From positions 17,937 through 81,936 of the IMG/VR virus record IMGVR_UViG_3300009103_001698: a stretch of 64,000 nucleotides of DNA, one strand, 5' to 3'. This DNA is from a virus. Under the pieces are notes generated by a model. That model made no database searches and had not been told where the DNA came from. It saw only the letters and a list, made by a program, of their open reading frames with translations. Positions 1 through 8,130 of the stretch are shown piece by piece; position 1 is the first letter of the stretch; every line of letters starts with the position of its first letter. The translations under genes and the position numbers were made by a program.

Positions 1-309
1 AGAGCGGGCAACAGTATATCGAGCGGGTGGAGGGTACACTGTTCTGCACCTCAAGGCAGTAACTCGATGACAACGGCGCAGACAAACGAGGGTGCTGCTA
101 TCCAGTATATTGGATTGCATTGCGTTGGTGACAGCGTTTTTCACTGGGCCGGGACAAGCTCGAATTTTATTTTGCTTGGCGAGGAGGCTTATGGTGCCGC
201 GTTTGACCCAACCAAGTTGATACTGAAGTTTAGACGCTATGCTGGAGATACTCAGATTCTGAGCGTCGATTTCGTTAGGGTAATCCCCGGGGCAACCTTT
301 CCATTCTAA
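1..309 (+). CDS. 5'-truncated hypothetical protein (C-terminal part; possibly a fibre/structural protein end)
   Basis: Frame of ORF 67..309 is open back to base 1; visibly more GC-rich than the rest of the window. Confidence 0.5.
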   Translation, partial: RAGNSISSGWRVHCSAPQGSNSMTTAQTNEGAAIQYIGLHCVGDSVFHWAGTSSNFILLGEEAYGAAFDPTKLILKFRRYAGDTQILSVDFVRVIPGATFPF

Positions 310-325
310 TAAGGACAACAAACAA

Positions 326-418
326 ATGAACTCTAAAAACCCTAAAAATACTCTATTTATCGCATCACTCTATCTTGGTTTTCTTGCGTTGGTTATCTAC
401 GCTTCTTACGTTATTTGA
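326..418 (+). CDS. 30-aa single-TM small membrane protein (not in ORF track)
   Basis: ATG 326 to TGA 418 reads MNSKNPKNTLFIASLYLGFLALVIYASYVI; AAGGA upstream at 311; fills the intergenic gap. Confidence 0.55.
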   Translation: MNSKNPKNTLFIASLYLGFLALVIYASYVI

Positions 419-448
419 ATAAACCGCTTATAGTGCCATAGTTACTAT

Positions 449-643
449 ATGGACGAGGAACTTCCTCCTGTTAGCGGCTCAATACTTGTTGAAAACTGTT
501 TCTATTGTCTAAACACTCGCAAAAAAAGAGTTGTTTATTACCCTGCGATGCCTTACTACTGGGTTGCCTGCCCCTACTGCGTCAGAACTCCCAACACAGC
601 CGAAGATAAAATTAGAAGATCCAGAAAAATAAAAAAAGGTTAA
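449..643 (+). CDS. small zinc-finger-like protein
   Basis: CFYC...CPYC pair of CxxC motifs; start 10 nt after TAGTTA motif. Confidence 0.55.
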   Translation: MDEELPPVSGSILVENCFYCLNTRKKRVVYYPAMPYYWVACPYCVRTPNTAEDKIRRSRKIKKG

Positions 644-668
644 CAACTTTCTGGTTGTATGCTATAGT
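640..668 (+). promoter_or_regulatory. putative sigma70-type promoter overlapping a phage TAGTTA motif
   Basis: TTAACA(640-645)-17 nt-TATAGT(663-668) with TG at 660-661; ATG at 675 has no SD. Confidence 0.5.
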
Positions 669-674
669 TATTGT

Positions 675-917
675 ATGGCATTTAGTGGTTCTAACATTAG
701 AAAGCAAAAAGATGTTTTTCAGATGCTCCAAAGGCTCCTGGAAAAATCAGAAATCTTAGAAGATCACATGGCTATCAGAAGGGCAGAAGGAGCAACGCCA
801 AAAGTTGATCTGGAAACAGCCAGATACTTGATTAGAGAGACCGATCTACAAAACTTAAGAGCGTGTGTTGCTACATTACGTTGGGTCGTTGGTGAACTTG
901 ACGATCTAAACTTCTGA
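675..917 (+). CDS. hypothetical protein
   Basis: 80-aa ORF in dense + strand gene array. Confidence 0.65.
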   Translation: MAFSGSNIRKQKDVFQMLQRLLEKSEILEDHMAIRRAEGATPKVDLETARYLIRETDLQNLRACVATLRWVVGELDDLNF

Positions 918-930
918 TACTATTTATTTT

Positions 931-1269
931 GTGAGCGAAAAGAAAACATCCGACAATAAAACTATTATCGTAGTTGCAGTAATAACCTCGCTAGCGGGTC
1001 TAGGGACGGCTGTGGTCAATCGTATCAGCCCAAACGAGCCAGCAGCCAAAGTAAGCTATGAAGTCGTCAAAGACGCTGTTGGCACCGTTGCTGACGACAT
1101 TGATAAGTTGGAAACTCGCTTGAGAGAGGCGGAAAAAGCGCTGGCAGTTCTAAAACACTCTCGTGGAAACAGAAGACCACGATCAAGAATGAGAAAGAAA
1201 AGAGAATCACTCAAAAAACGGGTCAGAATGCCAGATTATAGCACCGTACAGAGAGGAAAAAGAAGATGA
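931..1269 (+). CDS. membrane-anchored coiled-coil protein with basic tail
   Basis: N-terminal hydrophobic helix IIVVAVITSLAGLGTAVV, then coiled coil; GTG start. Confidence 0.65.
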   Translation: MSEKKTSDNKTIIVVAVITSLAGLGTAVVNRISPNEPAAKVSYEVVKDAVGTVADDIDKLETRLREAEKALAVLKHSRGNRRPRSRMRKKRESLKKRVRMPDYSTVQRGKRR

Positions 1270-1661
1270 AGAAAATTATTATGTTAATGGCACTTGTTTT
1301 AGCAAGTTGTACCTACGATTATAAAATTCCAATAGACACAGACGCGATCAAATACGTTGTAGAACACCCAATCGCACCATCAGAGCCAGATACGGTAGAG
1401 AAAAGTGAGAAGATCGTCGAGATCACAGGGGAAGCAGAAATCTATACTCCTCAATCTATCAATTGTCCAGCATTGGCTGGCTTTATTTCCAGCAACATTC
1501 TTTTATCAACCTATTGTAACGTCGCACAGAAAGAAAATTATAAATGTTGTAGAGTTCCATACGACGATGATAACTTAGCCTGTAAGGTTTTCTTTTGTCA
1601 CACAAATATAACGAAAGATTACACTGTTGCTTGTATGGGCTACAGTGATGAATGTGAATAA
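1266..1661 (+). CDS. Cys-rich lipoprotein (paralog 1)
   Basis: Signal peptide with lipobox LASC; C-terminal Cys-rich domain containing ENYKCC. Confidence 0.7.
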   Translation: MKKIIMLMALVLASCTYDYKIPIDTDAIKYVVEHPIAPSEPDTVEKSEKIVEITGEAEIYTPQSINCPALAGFISSNILLSTYCNVAQKENYKCCRVPYDDDNLACKVFFCHTNITKDYTVACMGYSDECE

Positions 1662-1677
1662 CGCTACTAGTTATTAT

Positions 1678-2007
1678 ATGCGTTATGAATTTTTATTGAT
1701 AATAATTCTACTTTTCGCCGCTTGCACGGTCAATTTAGAGGTTGATGAACTTCCAAAAGTAGAAGTAGAACATAAACTTACATTACCAGAGTCAGCTGAC
1801 GGTACAATTCCACATCAGTGTGATAATTTGGCGAACATAGAGATGAGCAAGTTCTTTGAAGCAGGACTTTGTGACGAATATCAAAGAGAAAACTATACTT
1901 GCTGCGAATTTAAGTATAATGCGACATGTACTGTGTCTTTTTGTACAATGATAAAACCTTCATACGAAAAATACTGTACAATGATCAGTGATGAATGTCA
2001 GTTTTAG
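1678..2007 (+). CDS. Cys-rich lipoprotein (paralog 2); start moved from 1627 to 1678
   Basis: MRYEFLLIIILLFAAC lipobox; ENYTCC and C-terminal SDEC shared with the upstream gene. Confidence 0.7.
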   Translation: MRYEFLLIIILLFAACTVNLEVDELPKVEVEHKLTLPESADGTIPHQCDNLANIEMSKFFEAGLCDEYQRENYTCCEFKYNATCTVSFCTMIKPSYEKYCTMISDECQF

Positions 2008-2033
2008 GAGAGACACATAACGCTAATAGAACG

Positions 2034-2270
2034 ATGGCTAGAAAAACAGAAAAAGAGCAAATAAAAGAACTTAAACGACGACTGAAAAGCATAAACAAAG
2101 AGTGTGATGCGCTTAAAGATGAGAATGAATCTCTCTGGTTCCTTTTAGACGAGATGAAAGAATCAAGGATAGAGAACTTTACAGATGAGATAATGGAATT
2201 GTTGGAAGATACTCACGAAAAAATGGTAAAAATGAGAAAATCGATGGTTAGTAAAGCTTCAGAAGCGTAA
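2034..2270 (+). CDS. coiled-coil hypothetical protein
   Basis: In-frame ATG at 2034 within ORF 1995..2270; charged heptad-like sequence. Confidence 0.55.
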   Translation: MARKTEKEQIKELKRRLKSINKECDALKDENESLWFLLDEMKESRIENFTDEIMELLEDTHEKMVKMRKSMVSKASEA

Positions 2271-2273
2271 ACA

Positions 2274-2720
2274 ATGCAAGAACTCCTAGAAAAAATGAAA
2301 AAAGACGGTGACGAACCCGAAAGAAGGAAGTTCGGAGCCTGTGTTGTCATTCTCAGAGGCAATCAGTTCCTCGCATTAGAAAGATCTTCAGAGTCAGAGT
2401 TCGCACCGGACAAATGGGGCTTTCCAGGAGGTGGTTCAGACCCGGGAGAGACCCCAGAAGAGACAGCAGCAAGAGAAACTTACGAAGAAACCGGTCTTAT
2501 TGTCAACGAACTTGTGTTTTTGACAATGAAAGTGGGAAATAAAGGCAAATTTGTCTATTTTTTCGCTTGTGACGACTTCAGTGGTAAGGTTGATATGAAA
2601 AAAGTGAAAGAAGAGCACAAAGATTATGCTTGGATCGAACCTCACGAGATGAATAAGTATTCTTTTGCTGATAAAGTGGAAGGTTTTATCGATCGCTTAG
2701 TAACAGGAACAGTTTTGTGA
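2274..2720 (+). CDS. NUDIX hydrolase
   Basis: Nudix box GGSDPGETPEETAARETYEETG. Confidence 0.9.
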   Translation: MQELLEKMKKDGDEPERRKFGACVVILRGNQFLALERSSESEFAPDKWGFPGGGSDPGETPEETAARETYEETGLIVNELVFLTMKVGNKGKFVYFFACDDFSGKVDMKKVKEEHKDYAWIEPHEMNKYSFADKVEGFIDRLVTGTVL

Positions 2721-2748
2721 AGAAAAATACAGGAGAGCCCATGATTCT

Positions 2749-2991
2749 ATGAAGAAAATCACATTTATTTTAATATTGCTCCTTTTTGTGCCAGTGGCAG
2801 GAGCAAAAAGCAAGAAAAAAGCAAGATTTTATGACTTTAGCGACCAACTTATCGACGGAAAGCTACGAAAACCATCAACACTCTATATGGAATCCAGAAC
2901 AAGAGCCAAATTCTCTAGATTGCTCAGTCTCAAGAAGAGTTTCCGACAAGAGCTAATGTCGTCAGGCAAAGATCCAGCCCTAAATAGGTAA
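2749..2991 (+). CDS. secreted CglF/GltF-like (adventurous gliding motility family) protein
   Basis: Signal peptide followed by YDFSDQLIDGKLRKP...YMESR..AKF.RLL.LKKSF, matching my recollection of the CglF/GltF pattern YDFxDxxIxGxxxKP...YxxxR. Confidence 0.6.
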   Translation: MKKITFILILLLFVPVAGAKSKKKARFYDFSDQLIDGKLRKPSTLYMESRTRAKFSRLLSLKKSFRQELMSSGKDPALNR

Positions 2992-3022
2992 ATTCCTTTT
3001 TTTAGTGCCTATTTATAACACT

Positions 3023-3268
3023 ATGGCTAAAAAAGTAAAAATCCTCATAAAAGAACTCAATACTTCTGGAATTGACGTCAATATCTCCGGTATGAACATG
3101 CGGAGACACCGATTAGGTTCCAGATCCAAGAAAAAAGACCAAATTGATCGATTAGAAGATGATCTAGACAAAACATTGACCACATTAGAGCGTTTAGAAG
3201 AGTACGTGCGACATTTGCACCGTATGATGACCCAAATGATTAAAAAGAACCGTAAAGGGGACAAATAG
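3023..3268 (+). CDS. hypothetical coiled-coil protein (start moved from 3005)
   Basis: ATG 3023 follows CTATTTATA motif at 3009-3017. Confidence 0.6.
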   Translation: MAKKVKILIKELNTSGIDVNISGMNMRRHRLGSRSKKKDQIDRLEDDLDKTLTTLERLEEYVRHLHRMMTQMIKKNRKGDK

Positions 3269-3270
3269 CC

Positions 3271-4011
3271 ATGATTAAGTTGAAAATCAAGGATCACGCT
3301 GGTGGATGCGGTGATCATAGCGAAGAATTAGACTTTGAACCCCAAAAAGTGCTCCAAGAGGACATTTGGGACGGTGAAGCCCTTAGATTCGAGGTAAAAG
3401 AGGCATTATTGGCTATTGTAGAGGAATTTAAGGAGTTTTTGGGTCTAGAAGAGATTATTGTCGAAGATATCCAGCTTACAGGCAGTTTAGCCAACTATAA
3501 CTACACTAGTTACAGCGATATTGACCTACATTTGCTTATTGACTTCGATAAGGTGGATGAAAACGATGATTTGGTCAAAGAATACTTCAAAAGCAAGAAA
3601 AACCTCTGGAATAACCGCCATAACATCCGAATTAAGGGCTTTGAGGTGGAAATTTACCCTCAAAACGTCGATGAAATGCACCATTCTACCGGTGTTTACA
3701 GTATTTTAGAGGATAATTGGGTAAAAACACCCAAAAAGTCCCATTTTGATGTCTGTCACAGCTGTATTAACAACAAAGTAGACGATTTTAAGCGCAAAAT
3801 CGACGAAATACCCGGTTCAGAGGACCCTTTAGAGACAATTTCGGCTCTAAAAGAGAAGATTTGGGGTATGAGAAAGGCTGGATTAGAGGAAAAAGGGGAG
3901 TTTTCAACCGAAAATCTGGCATTTAAGGTGCTCCGTAGGGCCGGTTATCTGGCTAAAATGGACGATTTTAGGCGTTTAGAGTACGATAAATCCTTTTCAT
4001 TATTGGATTAG
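3271..4011 (+). CDS. Pol-beta superfamily nucleotidyltransferase
   Basis: GS...DxD signature: LTGSLANYNYTSYSDIDLH, plus downstream VEIY acidic residue. Confidence 0.8.
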   Translation: MIKLKIKDHAGGCGDHSEELDFEPQKVLQEDIWDGEALRFEVKEALLAIVEEFKEFLGLEEIIVEDIQLTGSLANYNYTSYSDIDLHLLIDFDKVDENDDLVKEYFKSKKNLWNNRHNIRIKGFEVEIYPQNVDEMHHSTGVYSILEDNWVKTPKKSHFDVCHSCINNKVDDFKRKIDEIPGSEDPLETISALKEKIWGMRKAGLEEKGEFSTENLAFKVLRRAGYLAKMDDFRRLEYDKSFSLLD

Positions 4012-4023
4012 AGTGGGGAAACT

Positions 4024-4656
4024 ATGCCTGACATCGATAAAAACCTAATCGATCTTAAGAGACACATAGCAAAAAACATCCCAGGGTTCGAGATTAAAGC
4101 AAAAAACAAGAGTAAGTTTATTAAGTTCCTGTCTTTTCTGCTGTTTTTCAACAAAGGGTTCATGACAAACTACATAACTACGCTATATCCTAGGATATTC
4201 GTGCCGGATGATACTTGGGAGAAGAGAAACCCCTTATCTGCTGTAATGGTGTATGCTCACGAGTATGTACACCTAAAAGATCGCCATTTAATGGGCTGGG
4301 GCTTCAATTACCTCTATCTAACCCCTCAACTTTATTCGTTATTCGCGTTATTGGCTATTTTTGCTAGCAATTGGTGGCTATTATCTTTATTATTCTTATT
4401 ACCCATCCCTAGCCCCGGTAGAATGTGGTTAGAACTGCGAGGGTACACAATGACGATGGCTGTGGCTCATTGGTACGGATATACTGTCGTTCCCAACCAT
4501 TATATAAAGTATTTTACAAAATCGGGCTATTATTGGATGTTTCCATCTGATAGGATTATGGAATGGCTATTATGGCGAGAGTTTGAGAAGATCCGTGATA
4601 ATAATCTAAGTCCGCTGCAACAAGAAGTAAAAGAAGTGTTATTCCCAGCGAAATAA
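4024..4656 (+). CDS. membrane-associated zincin-like metallopeptidase
   Basis: HEYVH (HExxH) followed by hydrophobic helices and a downstream Glu (LELRGY). Confidence 0.6.
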   Translation: MPDIDKNLIDLKRHIAKNIPGFEIKAKNKSKFIKFLSFLLFFNKGFMTNYITTLYPRIFVPDDTWEKRNPLSAVMVYAHEYVHLKDRHLMGWGFNYLYLTPQLYSLFALLAIFASNWWLLSLLFLLPIPSPGRMWLELRGYTMTMAVAHWYGYTVVPNHYIKYFTKSGYYWMFPSDRIMEWLLWREFEKIRDNNLSPLQQEVKEVLFPAK

Positions 4657-4686
4657 CTATTTATAACAGACTCCAGGGGTAAAATA

Positions 4687-5892
4687 ATGTTTATTACAGA
4701 AAGACGATTATTCAAGGACACAATTGAGATCCTAGAAGAAGATAAAGAGTGGTGGCTTAAGCGACGACCACGAGATAAGAAAAATTTAAGAGTTTTGCTT
4801 GGAAAATCAGCCAAAGGCGGAAAATATACAAAAAAAGGAGCACCATTTACGAATGATCCTCCAAAATACAAAGGAAATAAAGGGGCGCCGGGATTGGGTA
4901 TGCTTCAAGAGCGATTCAGCATTAATACTCTTAAATCGTTAAAAGTTGGCGAAAGTTTATCGATAACCCCGAAAAAAGATATAAGTGGTATGATGAAGAA
5001 GGGCACAACTTATTTTATAACAAAGTCCAACGAAGATACATTTTCAATCAATCCCCCAGTAATGGGAAAAAAAGTTGTTTCTCTAAGTGATTTAGAATCT
5101 ATAGCTAATAGTATTAACCCTAATGACTTTGTGGTAAATAAAGGAAAAAGTAAAAAAGCTACAATGAAAACTGAAATTTCGCCAAATCAACAAGAAGATG
5201 TAGCAAAGAAACTAACTAAAAAACACATACCCGGAGTTTCTGGTAGTTTTATAAGTAAAGTAGGTGATTGGTTTAAAAATAGTGCTTTTATTAAAACTAT
5301 TGGTGATGTTATAAATTGGTTTAGAAAGCTTTGGAAAAAGTATACTGGCGGGAAAGAAGAAAAAGAAGTCGAGAAACAAGAGCTTGCCGCAGGTGTTACA
5401 GTTACAGATGGTAAAGGAAAGACTAGAATTGGTAAAGTAGAGGGAAAACGAGCAGTGTTTTTACCAAATGAGACTAGACTAGGCGGTACTAGAGCTTGGA
5501 GAAACAATAATCCTGGAAATCTTAGATTAACAACGGCATGGGAGTCTTATGGTGCTATTGGTCGAGAAAAAGCCGGCAGAGGCGGGTTTGCTATCTTTCC
5601 AGATGAGGCAACGGGGACTAGAGCGTTGGAAACATACATAAAAAGATTTGGCATCAATAAAGGCAAAACTATTGCTAAATTTATGAGAATGTATGCCCCC
5701 AAACAAGATAAAAATGATCCTGCTAGTTATGCCGCCAAAATAGCTAGAAAACTTAATGTAGATGTTGATACACCAATGAATACTCTACCGATTTCATCAG
5801 TTGCTATTTTTGCAAAAGCGATAAGAGGTGTAGAAGGTTGGCGGGCAGGTAGTATCGCTCAACCTTATGATTTTACAACGGCTGTTGCATAA
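4687..5892 (+). CDS. putative virion protein with C-terminal RNNNPGNL (lysozyme-like) domain
   Basis: RAWRNNNPGNL...FAIF...G...YAP...ND..SY...EGW pattern of phage virion-associated putative muralytic domains. Confidence 0.6.
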   Translation: MFITERRLFKDTIEILEEDKEWWLKRRPRDKKNLRVLLGKSAKGGKYTKKGAPFTNDPPKYKGNKGAPGLGMLQERFSINTLKSLKVGESLSITPKKDISGMMKKGTTYFITKSNEDTFSINPPVMGKKVVSLSDLESIANSINPNDFVVNKGKSKKATMKTEISPNQQEDVAKKLTKKHIPGVSGSFISKVGDWFKNSAFIKTIGDVINWFRKLWKKYTGGKEEKEVEKQELAAGVTVTDGKGKTRIGKVEGKRAVFLPNETRLGGTRAWRNNNPGNLRLTTAWESYGAIGREKAGRGGFAIFPDEATGTRALETYIKRFGINKGKTIAKFMRMYAPKQDKNDPASYAAKIARKLNVDVDTPMNTLPISSVAIFAKAIRGVEGWRAGSIAQPYDFTTAVA

Positions 5893-5897
5893 AATCC

Positions 5898-5926
5898 TTT
5901 ACAATCAAGCAGTTTTATAGTATAAT
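5898..5926 (+). promoter_or_regulatory. sigma70-type promoter upstream of purA
   Basis: TTTACA(5898-5903)-17 nt-TATAAT(5921-5926); SD AAGGAG before ATG 5957. Confidence 0.75.
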
Positions 5927-5956
5927 AGTACTATCTTTCATACACAAGGAGTTTCT

Positions 5957-6961
5957 ATGATTGCAGATGTAGTTCTTGGTCTTCAGCACGGAGACGAAGG
6001 CAAAGGGAAAATTACGCACCATTTATGTAAAACTGGTGGGTATACTCATGTTATTCGTTTTAATGGTGGCTGTAACGCTGGTCATACAATTTATCACAAA
6101 GGTAAGAAGTTTGTTACTCACCACATTCCTGTAGGAGTGTTCTTTGGGGTTAAATCTATTATTGGTCCAGGTTGCGTTCTAAATCCAATACAGTTTTTAA
6201 AGGAACGTCAAGAACTTATTGACGGTGGAATAGATTTAGACGGATTGCTTTTTGTTGCCGAAAACACACACATTATTACTAGTGAGCATTTAGAAGAGGA
6301 CGGGAAAGATACAAAGATCGGCACAACAAAGAGAGGCAATGGACCAGCTTATAGAGACAAATACAATCGTTCAGGTTACATAGCAAAAAATGTCAACATT
6401 CTACAGCCTTATCTTATTAATATGTATGAAGCACTCCATGACAACAAGGAAAAAGAAGTTAAAATCCTCTTTGAGGGTGCTCAGGGTTTTGCTCTTGATA
6501 TTGATTGGGGTGATTATCCTTTTGTAACTTCCAGTCATTGTACAGTAGGTTCTGCTCTTCTAAATGGCGTTCCTCCGCAAGCTATTCGTAATGTTTGGGG
6601 TGTTGCCAAGATCTATGAGACATATGTCGGCGCAAAGAAGTTTGAGCCAGACATTCCTATTTTTAAGAGGATTAGAGAGGTTGGCGAAGAGTTTGGAGCA
6701 ACAACAGGACGTCCAAGACAGTGTAACTGGCTAAACTTCGAAATGCTGGATAAGGCAGTTAGAGTTAACGGCGTTAATAAGCTTATTTTCAACAAAATAG
6801 ATGTTCTTGACGAAATTGGGCAGTGGGCTCTAAAAAGTGAATCAGGTTATAAAGTTTTTAGTACTGGGCAACGGATGCAGGACTGGATTATAGAACAATT
6901 CAAGCGCAATGAATTCTTGGGAATAGAAGTTATTTTCTCAGGAGACAAAAACGGCATTTAG
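5957..6961 (+). CDS. purA: adenylosuccinate synthetase (short form)
   Basis: GDEGKG, NAGHT, GTTKRGNGPAY, EGAQG, YPFVTSS, GATTGRPR motifs. Confidence 0.92.
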   Translation: MIADVVLGLQHGDEGKGKITHHLCKTGGYTHVIRFNGGCNAGHTIYHKGKKFVTHHIPVGVFFGVKSIIGPGCVLNPIQFLKERQELIDGGIDLDGLLFVAENTHIITSEHLEEDGKDTKIGTTKRGNGPAYRDKYNRSGYIAKNVNILQPYLINMYEALHDNKEKEVKILFEGAQGFALDIDWGDYPFVTSSHCTVGSALLNGVPPQAIRNVWGVAKIYETYVGAKKFEPDIPIFKRIREVGEEFGATTGRPRQCNWLNFEMLDKAVRVNGVNKLIFNKIDVLDEIGQWALKSESGYKVFSTGQRMQDWIIEQFKRNEFLGIEVIFSGDKNGI

Positions 6962-6978
6962 CAACTATTTATAGCACT

Positions 6979-8130
6979 ATGCCTTGCTCCAAAATTACAA
7001 ACAATTCAAACTTCGAAGTAGACAAACATCAACCTATGTTTGACAGCTTCTTTCCTTATAGCCAAAAAGTTCTTGGTTTTGATAAGCCGTTTTCTTTAAA
7101 TTTTGCTTCAGATCAAGAAAATTCTGCTAATCCGTTAGGAAGGACAGCACATTATGACCCTTCCAGTTCTGAAATAACTATTTATGTAGATGGGCGGCAT
7201 ATAAAAGATATTATGCGGTCTATCTCTCACGAATTGGTTCATCACGCACAAAACTGTCGTGGTGAGTTTGATAAGGGGATTAGCACAGATGCTGGTTATG
7301 CTCAAGAAGACGGTCATCTGCGTGGAATGGAAAGAGAAGCGTATGAGAAGGGCAACTTGTGTTTTCGTGACTGGGAAGACCAGTATAAACAACTAAGGGA
7401 AAATAAAATGACTAAACTCGTTAAAAAAGAAATTAAGAAACTGTTGAAGGAGGCATATAACCCCTTGGATCCACAGTCGCGACCAGCTGCGGTGCCGTCA
7501 ATGGTTGATTCTCGCGAACAGAAGATGCTTTATGTTATTCGTAAAACTTCATGGGGTAAAAATTATACCGATGATTTTTGGAATGATTTTTCTGATAAAG
7601 AAAAACTTATGGTTTTTAAAAAAGCAAAAAAAGACTTAGCGGATCCACAGCCCAGCCCTGCTCCAAGAAAAAAGAAAAGACGCTTTCCTACTATTAGGGC
7701 GCCGATTGTTAAAGGGATACAGAGGGAACTATTAAAATTTTTTGGTGGAGTAACTGTTGGAGAATCAAAAGAATTAAATGAGCGCGATATAAGTGCGGCT
7801 GAAATCTTAGGAGGGAGAGGAAAAATCGATGGGGCACTCGGACCCACAACCTTTAAAAGCATCAAAAAAACACCTTGTGGAAAAGGTTTGTTTCTGGGTA
7901 ATCTTAAAGATGTCCTACCTAACATTCTTAAATGCTTACAAAAACAAAATGGAACAAAAGTAAAAAAACCAGTAGCTTCTAAGGCACCGGTGGATTATGG
8001 ACAATCAACACCTACAATTACATCTTTAGAAGAATCAAAAGTCGACTTCACCAATAAACATCTCGAACCGGTTAGAAAACGATTTTCAAAACTATTCGAA
8101 GCATTAGTTAAAAAAGGTAATAAAAAATGA
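6979..8130 (+). CDS. multidomain protein: N-terminal zincin (HExxH) plus partial peptidoglycan-binding-like segment
   Basis: SISHELVHHAQ...EREAY; IDGALGPTT near the C-terminus. Confidence 0.65.
   Translation: MPCSKITNNSNFEVDKHQPMFDSFFPYSQKVLGFDKPFSLNFASDQENSANPLGRTAHYDPSSSEITIYVDGRHIKDIMRSISHELVHHAQNCRGEFDKGISTDAGYAQEDGHLRGMEREAYEKGNLCFRDWEDQYKQLRENKMTKLVKKEIKKLLKEAYNPLDPQSRPAAVPSMVDSREQKMLYVIRKTSWGKNYTDDFWNDFSDKEKLMVFKKAKKDLADPQPSPAPRKKKRRFPTIRAPIVKGIQRELLKFFGGVTVGESKELNERDISAAEILGGRGKIDGALGPTTFKSIKKTPCGKGLFLGNLKDVLPNILKCLQKQNGTKVKKPVASKAPVDYGQSTPTITSLEESKVDFTNKHLEPVRKRFSKLFEALVKKGNKK

Noticed and set aside
2991-3005. Rho-independent terminator at the T-run
   Set aside because: No convincing GC-rich hairpin precedes the T tract
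5957-6961. PurZ / 2-aminoadenine (Z-genome) pathway, given a PurA-like gene and a nucleotide pyrophosphatase-like gene at 13190
   Set aside because: Active-site loop is GDEGKG with the canonical PurA Asp, not the Ser of PurZ; no DatZ-like HD gene seen in the window
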